NCBI GenBank assembly: GCA_963803705.1
Contig: CAWDNU010000004.1
Span: 416,001-480,000, forward strand
Length of the DNA: 64,000 nucleotides
Source of the DNA: an uncultured Pseudobdellovibrionaceae bacterium
GTDB taxonomy: Bacteria > Bdellovibrionota > Bdellovibrionia > Bdellovibrionales > UBA1609
Reading direction: 5' to 3'
Positions 12,101 to 19,300 of this stretch are shown one piece after another. Made by a program: the position numbers and the translations under genes. The notes below the pieces were generated by a model. It was not told the DNA's origin. It saw nothing but the letters and a program-made list of their open reading frames with translations, and searched no databases. The stretch's first letter is position 1. Each line of letters begins with the position of its first letter.

Positions 12101-13077
12101 TTTTGTGGCGAAATATCATCATGAGTGTAAGTAGTCAGTAAAGCACATAAAGAAGGCTCACCCATGCTGTCGACTGATTTTGCATAAAGCGTCGTAGTGC
12201 GATTTGCTCCTACAGTGATTTGATAGCCATCGTTAAGAAATGTAACAGGATCTCCGGCTGCAAGTTCGGTTTGGCAACCCGAATCCGAATACAGTGAAAC
12301 AGAAACTGAACTGGCATCTGAAGACACTCTGACCACAGGTGTTGTACTTTGGTTACTTGGTGATTCAGGGGTTAACGATACTAATTCAGGAAATGGGCTA
12401 AAGGCGTTCGAGTGGGCGAAGTCGGTCATAAATGTACAAGCCGATGGAGTGCCAAGAGGATCTAAGGTGCTGGCATAAATAGATGTTGTATTATTCGCAT
12501 TAACTGGCACGGCAATACCTATCTGAGAAAAGTCATTTGCCGACCCGCTGGATAGTGCAACAGAGCAATTTAGGTCGCTAAAGAATCTAATCGTGGCAGA
12601 AATTGGTAGGGCCTGTCCAAAAAGCCCTGGGGTTGTAGTCACTCGTGACGGCGACATAGGTGAAACGGCTGTAAATACAGGAGCACTCGGGATTAGAGCT
12701 GGATTAGAATAGGACTGTAAGAAAATGCACTTGCCAACAACTTGGGATTTTGCATATAGATCAACTGCTACATTAACTTCGACTTGTACCAAGGCACCTT
12801 GAGACTTAAAATTATTTACCAAAGACTGCCCGATCACAGAGCTTGAACAATCATCGTTGGTGTAAAAATCCAATCGATCAAGATTCACGTATTTCGTCCC
12901 ACTGGTTTCACCCAAAATACGAAGCTGAACAAAGGTCGAATTGTAATCAATAACTTCTATAGAACTTACTGAAAGTGATGAGCCAGAAGAATCAGACGCA
13001 CGTTTGCCCTCTTGACACCCCGTCAAAAAAAACAAAATCACAATAAATTCTTTTAACAAATTACGTTCCACAAACAC
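6163..13077 (-). CDS. Giant surface lipoprotein: ~8 Cys-paired Ig-like repeats + ~12 fibronectin type III repeats + C-terminal domain
   Basis: Lipobox LTG-C; ~100-aa repeats (PxSPSxxTTP...FYxDxxC...TTSIYA...SxC); FN3 repeats (LxW...Y.I.RS...GPF...Y.D...YYY.V.A). Confidence 0.9.
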   Translation of the reverse strand: MFVERNLLKEFIVILFFLTGCQEGKRASDSSGSSLSVSSIEVIDYNSTFVQLRILGETSGTKYVNLDRLDFYTNDDCSSSVIGQSLVNNFKSQGALVQVEVNVAVDLYAKSQVVGKCIFLQSYSNPALIPSAPVFTAVSPMSPSRVTTTPGLFGQALPISATIRFFSDLNCSVALSSGSANDFSQIGIAVPVNANNTTSIYASTLDPLGTPSACTFMTDFAHSNAFSPFPELVSLTPESPSNQSTTPVVRVSSDASSVSVSLYSDSGCQTELAAGDPVTFLNDGYQITVGANRTTTLYAKSVDSMGEPSLCALLTTYTHDDISPQNLVFNSADPVSPTNQTTLPKMLGFASSDTESIVFYDSSLCLNVIGSGSRVDYNSNGVVVNVRDNDTTSIFGKAFDAAGNTTTCDSLTTYVHNTFAPDSPVFTSLTPNSPSNITTTPIIKGDASNRTVELTFFKNESCTLQIGQGMTDDYEGSGILITAEANDTTPIYVQVKDLEGNVSACFFHASYAHSANPAPNPVFVSTFPASPSSGSFTPSVLGTADSSIASVIIYRDNICSGPMQIGSGSRGQFTSSGVIVTLPQNSTNALYGRALDVFGNYSSCVFLTNYIHNTVPPENPTFTSTTPISPNNQSSAPTILGQSLMKPTSQLQPTRVDFYDSMSCVSKLGEGTPAQFETAGILINVAENAESSIYARAFDDAGNASDCTFLTFYTFNNLVPAVPNFLSTNPGSPSYSPNILIRGSYGFSTDFMNRVGLGIFSNSSCSNLISNHNPSLLTSTGVPVTLALNQLTSIYGQTINEVGTRSACRFLTNFTHYNLPPSNITATLNVNGTVRINWFPDTFSNPAPMYNVERSLSSGGPFTLISGSQISNNFTDLQVSDNTTYFYRVYSNNSTGRSQNSSEVSILVTAPNPVQINSLSAVISDAEVNLSWSGFPQNMTYRLFRSIQFGGPFTDLSVSTSTTSYRDQSLTNNQTYYYYVVASNPAGESMQSNIVTATPKQIPSPPINFTITPVSSSEQCSGSRGVRAAWTAPPYFESFRVYRGNNKGTTNTIATVSTTFYNDCSFNSNNIYYYKLATDWGSGVSGEFQLYGFYSSDAPNLTVRPGDASINLSWNAPNVPSGFFSGDLKYDVFKSTDPDGTFTKIANNISSRNFADTSPNGSGAYYYVQAHLIDGDGDYIYVAYPSTLSSGRSFTNPSLPSNLVINYIEEEARAQLSWTSPSHFNSFNIYRSSNPLGPFTVVSTSLNANIISAPLSVGLNYFRVTALWGGYETPASNTVEYRHAPIGDLSLMVQTTQLVLNWSDVSAAAGYIISRSNTITGPFVNYDTSVSSTYSDTGVVTNTGYYYKVRARFSDLTEGKKSNVVTGQRSDSTRPSNVSVTVTGNTSAVINWPSVSGATSYQVFKALNFSGPFTLVSNSLSTTRNVFGLSPQTEHFFKVRAIIGMSFSDSDVVSAYTFGLPQQPAGTVGNNQVQVFWSAVGGAISYDLLRSTDGVNFSTIATNYSMTNFTDLAATNGQIYFYKVIAHFGVLDKESPVSLGFSPGIIPLAPSNLNAENNNTGTEIVLTWSEISNRNSFNVYMSTTSGSYGAPIQSSNTSSGTRITGLTNGTTYFFRVTALNGSNESPASNEVKIIPSLRPDKPKAQFLSANEVRVNWDATLGATTYDILRSTNGVTFQKIATNLTALTHTDLVVDPSLTYFYKYQPFNASGTEMSVSQISDPINLSVVPEVPRALYAVINSNSSLTLHWSAVPNIKNYQLLRSTVKGGPYAQIALPTSGDVNFNDTTVTSGASYYYVIRSTNSSGVMSANSNEVGVILVSGPASLTAVNGSNSIDLNWNSLAGVASYNILRSKSITGPFGVVGTASILSYQDTDLISDTTYHYRVEGVYADGRKTLSSNVVSILRDGSLKLQVPIELTDTPMSSSSITDLAFERSQTTFNVSDYDGITSYQIEVIAQNADSVSRAVVIVDSSDAVVDSINVPANTLDFTRFKSTISGFTGKDIYRVQLEQTTSDGELSVLTAKLLVNQTNATKTKIYYPLISSLVSPSNTDSDIYASSTNQNIYNDYSSSSRWIKNSNLLSKISNFNGWTLEAVVSTDGGAEGQIALQNVGNSQIVPFTETRFTDTSLRLAEVPFNEGVQHFDSANNGQRYRLVMRCEFYCSSGQVKVHKAGLWVKLTNLSKASVAYRITNQKDFTSSDTTYFDEKVQIDSNQFLAPKFYFQALVEDNGFSDGLVSLQYHNQNSGSMNLIDLGLSERSVNSDNITLYVSPELTGFPVNQNFVTKVSPSAGNLTLKQSSIRVDVGL

Positions 13078-13144
13078 CTTGAATTAAAACTTTTACTATT
13101 TATGCCAATCTCACTGATAAATTCCCCACGAGTCAAAGGCTGTA

Positions 13145-16100
13145 TCACTGTCCTACTATTATCTTCATCACTGCATTAATATCGTCTAAAACTGTAATAT
13201 CTAATTTTTCATCATTGTTAACGTCATCCACAAGCAAAGCATTTGTGCTTAGTCCCGTTGGCAAAGTTTGATTACTTGAAAAATCACCCGTAAAAGAACC
13301 AAACAGCAGAGTCAAAGTTTGATCAGTCCCATTTCCGACTGCCAAATCCAGACGTCCGTTAGAGTTAAAATCACCTTTCACCAAACCGTTGGGTGATGAG
13401 CCTGCAAAAAAACTTAAAGTTGGTTCAAATTTTCCATCGCCTTTCCCTTTCAAAATACTTACTGATGAAGACAGGCTATTTGAAACTGCAAGGTCCAAGA
13501 ATCCATCTGAATTTAAAAAACCAGAAACGATTCCATTAGGTCCTGATTGCACAGTGGATAGAGAAGTTAAAAAACCGCCACTGCCATTAGACAACATTGT
13601 CGTGATAGTACCGTCAGATTGATTAACGACAGCTGCGTCTAAAATAAAGTCCTCGTTAAAGTCACCAGTTGTTATATGTGTCGGTTGCGCCCCCACTGAA
13701 GTGAAGGAAGAAGCACCAAAATTTCCATCGCCAACTCCAGGATAAAAATAAACCCGGTTTTGGCCGCTGGACGTCGCTAAAATATCTTCATGTCCATCTT
13801 TGTTAAAATCGCCATGCACCAGGGATGTGGGCTGTAAACCGGCACCGTAACTGTTGCCTGGGGTAAATACAGCGCTACCTTGACCGATAAAAACTCTGAT
13901 AGCGTTACCACCATTTAATACTGTGACGATGTCAAGAATTCCATCCTCATCCAGATCTACAAAAGTAACGTCAGTAGGACTGTTTCCAACCACTATGTTT
14001 CCATTCGCTGAAAAGAGCCCGCCGCCATTACCCATGTAAAACGAAATCAATCCAGCTGAGCGACTTACAACTGCCTTGTCTAGGATTCCATCTGCATTTA
14101 AATCTGCGCTTATCACCTTCACCGGTCCACTAGCAACTGAAGTTACAAAGCCAAGTCGGCCATTAGACTGTCCAGGTAAAACTTGGAACTTAGATTCGCC
14201 ACTTGAAACCACAAGCACATCATTTAGAGTGTCAGAATTAAAATCACCAGTAGAAATATTAATTGGATTTATTAAAGTTTGTATTGGTTGCTGAACATTA
14301 AATCCACCATTATTTAATCCATAAAGAACCGAAACTGTGCTGTCCCCAATATTTGCAATAATTAGATCCGCAATATTATCAGCGTTTAAGTCAGTGGGTT
14401 TAACTGCGATAGGGCTTAAACCTGTAGGCGTATCTATAGCCAAATCAAAACTGTCATTCTGTAAATTTAAGAAAACTGAAACAGTATTATCAATATTATT
14501 GGTGACAATAATATCTAAAAAGTTATCGCTATTTATTTTACCCACTTCAATGTCCGAAGGTGCAGAACCAGTGCCGTAAACATCTTGGGTTTGAAAGGTT
14601 CCATTGCCGTTATTTATAAAAACACTCATTGTATTGTCAGTTGAATTTAGTACTGCAATATCATCAAATGAGTCATTATTAAAATCACCGACCACACTTT
14701 TAGTAGGTGCCTGTCCGGTGCTATAGATTGCTGGCGCCTGGAAGGTACCACTACTGTTTCCCATACGAACTGCAATCACATTGGCTGCCACTGAAACAAT
14801 GACTGTATCTAGATATGCATCTGCATTAAAGCGCCCTGTAGATATAGAAACTGGAAAATTTTCAAAACTGCTTACAGCTGTATTTTGTGGCGGATCAAAA
14901 GCACCGTTACCTCGACCAGCTAAAAACGAGTACTGTCCGCTTCCACTACCTGTACAGGTCATTATAAGATCCATATTGGCATCACTGTTAAATAATCCGT
15001 AGCTCATACTAGAGGGGCTATTACAAAGCCCATTGATTTTTGGAGGACTAGCAAATAAACCGTTTCCTTGCCCAAGCTTCACACTGACTGAAGGTTCTCC
15101 TTTATTTAAGACCAACACATCTGAAAATCCGTCATTGTTAAAGTCAGCAACTACAGCGTCGTCAGGACTGTTACCAATCTGAAAATTTAAATCAAAAGAT
15201 CCAGAATTTCTAGACTGGCTTAATAGTAAAAATCTAGCCTTAGCGTTTCCAGTTCCAGCTAGATCAGGTAATAATCCTGTTAGTGGTAAAACTGATACGT
15301 AAGACCTGTTGGCGGTGTAGCCCTGAATCACCGAGACGGTAGCTAGGCCACTAGCGTTAGTAGTGCGATTAAGGTTACCAATCAAATGGACATCACCTGA
15401 CGTATTTTGAAAAACCAAAGGGAAATTACTTACTCCGTTTCCAAACCGGTCAGCAACTTTTATTACAAGTGGCTCTGAAAAACTTTGACCAACGTAAGAA
15501 GATTGATTGTCACCATTTACAGTAGGAAATTCAAAGTGATCAGGTACGTCAGCTAAAACTTGAACATTTATATTCCGAGTGAAGCCTTGATTGTCAGTGA
15601 CTCTTAAAACATCTGTTACGCCAGCAGTTGTTCCTGCGGTGTAGGTCCTTATTCCTGCATTATAAGTTGCACCTGATGGGTTTGCTGTAAATTGCACATT
15701 GTAAGGTGGTGTGCCACCTGTGATGCTAAATACTTCATCAGAATTTACCGCAACTTGGGGGTTAGCTGGAATTACATTTAAAGAAAGCTTCTGCCAAACA
15801 AAATTAGCGCTCGCCTGATTTCCAGCCTGGTCAGTCTGGCGAACTTCAATATTGTAGTTGGCGTCTACAAATTTTGGAAGATTGATACTAAATCTGGAGC
15901 TTGCACATTTAACACTTCCAGCACCATCTAAATGCAAACTAATAGTTGCTCCGTTTTCGCATCCTCCGGTAATATTTAGCACGGCTTCACTTGAACTGTA
16001 TGGATTTCCGATCGGATTTGTTATAGAGGGAACAGAAACACTAGTCTTTCTGTTCCAGACAAATACTGCTGGTGAAGATATTTTACCTGCAACATCTTGG

Positions 16101-16396
16101 GTGATAGAAAAGGTGTAAGTCCCATCAATACTTGCTAACAGATCAAACGAATATTCGGAAGCTTCGCAATCAACCTGGGCGGATTGATTTCCACTTAAAA
16201 TAACTCGACTGTCGGTTTGACAAAGCCCTTGAATATTTAAATTTGAACCTTGCGAGTAAAATGGATTGCTTGTAGGCATAGAGATAGTGGGCTGGCCAAT
16301 ACTTGGCCCTAAACTACCCGATTTTACATCTAAGTTACCTTTACAACCGGGCAGGACTAAAATAGCTAAAAGTGAAAGTAATAAATAATTTAACAT
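13145..16396 (-). CDS. Surface lipoprotein with Ig-like domains and FG-GAP/VCBS beta-propeller repeats
   Basis: Lipobox LPG-C; Big_1-like VKVADRFGNGVSN; many GDFNxDGxxDxxV repeats. Confidence 0.9.
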   Translation of the reverse strand: MLNYLLLSLLAILVLPGCKGNLDVKSGSLGPSIGQPTISMPTSNPFYSQGSNLNIQGLCQTDSRVILSGNQSAQVDCEASEYSFDLLASIDGTYTFSITQDVAGKISSPAVFVWNRKTSVSVPSITNPIGNPYSSSEAVLNITGGCENGATISLHLDGAGSVKCASSRFSINLPKFVDANYNIEVRQTDQAGNQASANFVWQKLSLNVIPANPQVAVNSDEVFSITGGTPPYNVQFTANPSGATYNAGIRTYTAGTTAGVTDVLRVTDNQGFTRNINVQVLADVPDHFEFPTVNGDNQSSYVGQSFSEPLVIKVADRFGNGVSNFPLVFQNTSGDVHLIGNLNRTTNASGLATVSVIQGYTANRSYVSVLPLTGLLPDLAGTGNAKARFLLLSQSRNSGSFDLNFQIGNSPDDAVVADFNNDGFSDVLVLNKGEPSVSVKLGQGNGLFASPPKINGLCNSPSSMSYGLFNSDANMDLIMTCTGSGSGQYSFLAGRGNGAFDPPQNTAVSSFENFPVSISTGRFNADAYLDTVIVSVAANVIAVRMGNSSGTFQAPAIYSTGQAPTKSVVGDFNNDSFDDIAVLNSTDNTMSVFINNGNGTFQTQDVYGTGSAPSDIEVGKINSDNFLDIIVTNNIDNTVSVFLNLQNDSFDLAIDTPTGLSPIAVKPTDLNADNIADLIIANIGDSTVSVLYGLNNGGFNVQQPIQTLINPINISTGDFNSDTLNDVLVVSSGESKFQVLPGQSNGRLGFVTSVASGPVKVISADLNADGILDKAVVSRSAGLISFYMGNGGGLFSANGNIVVGNSPTDVTFVDLDEDGILDIVTVLNGGNAIRVFIGQGSAVFTPGNSYGAGLQPTSLVHGDFNKDGHEDILATSSGQNRVYFYPGVGDGNFGASSFTSVGAQPTHITTGDFNEDFILDAAVVNQSDGTITTMLSNGSGGFLTSLSTVQSGPNGIVSGFLNSDGFLDLAVSNSLSSSVSILKGKGDGKFEPTLSFFAGSSPNGLVKGDFNSNGRLDLAVGNGTDQTLTLLFGSFTGDFSSNQTLPTGLSTNALLVDDVNNDEKLDITVLDDINAVMKIIVGQ

Positions 16397-16397
16397 T

Positions 16398-19300
16398 CTA
16401 TTTAGGCACCCTAACGACTCGGTTTGCGTCGCCGTCAGTCACATAAAGATAATTTGCATCGCCTGAAATCATGCCGCGAATGCCGCTCCATTGCCCAAGT
16501 AAAACTCCACTTGCTATACGCCCACCTTGACACCAACCGGGTGTAGAAGCGGTCGCTCCAACACAACCTGGGTCACCGCCGGTTGGTGGAACGCTAGAAG
16601 AAATTCCACCTTTCCAACCTACCATGTTACCAGTGGCTTTATCCATTTTCCACAAACTCATTCCATCACTTTCTCTTTGGCACGGGTAAGAGTTTAAGCC
16701 ATAAATAAAGTTTGTGTCGACCCAAATACTTATTGGTCTAGAACAGTCAGAACTATTTCCTACGTTATTAACGTTGGTGCGACCAGTCTCCCAAGTATTA
16801 CTATATTGACCAGTGTCTTCTCTTGTTCTGGCAGCAGAATGAAAGGTACCGTTGTTAATATTGAATCTATCAACTCGGTTGTTTCTTGTGTTAGTAACAA
16901 ATAGAAATACTCCATCAGTGTGGATGCTTGACGTTTCATTGCTGTTTTCGAAAAAAAATCCCCCACCATTATCACTTCTGGTTGTTCCTGCTCGTGACGT
17001 TCCACCAAAGCACCAGCCAGTAGTTCCAGAATAAGGCTCGTAACCGTTAGCGATATTGTAGTCCCCGTTAGAGGCAACACCACACCCAGACGTTGGATTA
17101 GAATTTACTCGCCCAATCCATCCTTCAAAATTACCAGTGGTTGCATTGTACTTAGAGACCCTATGGTTTGAAATATCGATTACAAAAAGCGAACCCGCAT
17201 AGTAGGTCATGCCCCCAGGACTATTTAGCATTCCGTCTTCAGACCCGCTAGTGCTTCTACCACCAAAACACCAACCTGGGGTAAATGTACCTGATGATGC
17301 TCCCGAACAACCTGCAGCTCCGCCGGTTGGGCTTGAACCACTACTAGTACTAATTCGACCGATCCAACCGCCATAACTTCCACTATCAACCCGGAATCTT
17401 TGGATACGGTGTAAACTGTTATCAGTGATATATAACCAAGTACCATCTGAAGCTAAACCTTGTGGTCTATACATAATTCCATCTACTAAATCATCTATTA
17501 GGTTATTATCGTTCCATGTAAACGTTGGGTAACTACTGGCCCCTAAACACCAACTTGGTGATGGACCCATAGCATTTGCAGATAAGCATCCTGCTGTCTG
17601 ACCACCGGTTGGAACAGATGTGATACCACCTATCCATCCCACTAACTGACCAGTATTTTTACTAATCTTTTTAACCCTAGATCCTTCTCTTTCAGTTACG
17701 AATAAAAAATCCCCAACTACCAGTGAACCCACAGGACTGTACATTGAGTTGTCATCTAACCCATAAAACTCTGCAGGTTTAGTCCTGTCGGATGTCCATG
17801 TTTTAGGGCTTTTGCTTTCTAAACCAATAGCCCCTTGGTAGACACCTGTTGCCGTACTAAATTTTTTCAGCATTGCAAATTCACGACTGATTGCTAAAAA
17901 TGAACCCGCACCATCAAATGCAATACCGTAATTATTTAGAAATGATCTTTCACCTAATCCTGGTTTATGGGATCCACCCAAACACCAACCCGGTGTATTA
18001 TCATTGGGCTGAAGACTACTACATCCTGCATTTCCCGACATACCGGAATTGTTAGACACTTTACCCATCCAAGATTCGATCAACCCTGTTGTACCGACTT
18101 TCAAAATTCTTTCATCGTCAGAAACATAAAAATAAGTACCGTCGAACGAAAACTGCTGGGGATTAGTCCAGGTAAAGTTCAAATTAGGAAGTCTTTCTAC
18201 AAAAGCGCCAGTGTCTTTATTATACCGGTTAATAACACCACCATCACCACTGTTTAATACATACATATTTGTGCCGTTGATAATAATGTCTCTGGCTTCT
18301 CTTACGCCACCTTGAACACCACTCTGGCTTCTAGCATTTACTGATTTGTAACTACCACCAAAACACCAACCTGGTGTCAGTTGATCTCTCGAGCTTAGGG
18401 TGCAACCTGCAGAACCGCTACTAGGTGTATTGTCAACCATACCAATCCAACCTTGAAATGCACCTGTGGTTTTATTGTATCTTAAAACCGCACCAGCAAC
18501 GCCAACATATAAAAACGTGTTGTCTATTTCTAAACCTTGAGGGTTTAGCATGCGGCCATCACCAACTCTACTATCATTGTTTGTTTGGTTTCCACCAATA
18601 CACCAGCCCGGTGTAACAGCGCCGTTACTGACAGATGTACAACCTGCGGCCCCACCAGTGCCTGTACCACTTGGCGTAGAGTTATTAACTTGCCCAATCC
18701 AACCATCAAATGCACCGGTGTCTACTCTATGCCTTGTGACGGAATCACCACTAACATTAGAGACATATACATAGGTGTCATCAGAAACTAAACCCCAGGG
18801 TTGATAAAGTCCACCAGTAGTCGTAGATCCTGTGGCTCTTGAACGTCCACCTACACACCAACCAGGTAGGTCCTGATTATCATTTGTGGAAATACAAAGT
18901 GCATTACTAGGCACCGGCTGCTTACTTCCATTCGACCCGATGCCATTTTCTTTAAGCATTCTACCAATCCAGCCACGATATTCTAAATTCTGATAGTCAT
19001 ACTTAATAATTCTATGGGCATCTGCATCTGCAACAAATAGAAATTGTTTATTTGGAGTGAAGGCAATTTGTTGCGCTCCGCGAATACCATCATATCTTGC
19101 AGAAACAGGCTTTAAGCCCATTCTAAAAGGAAGTAGGTTTCCACCAGCGTCTTCTTGGGTCGAATCAGTCCCTAACCAACCCCAGTCACCAATTACTGAC
19201 CAAGCCTGTGTGGCAGGAGTCAATACAGCTGCGTTATCAGTAGCGGTTAAAGTCAAAGGCGCCTCTGGATACTGACCTTTAAAATAAAAAGTTTTTGAGC

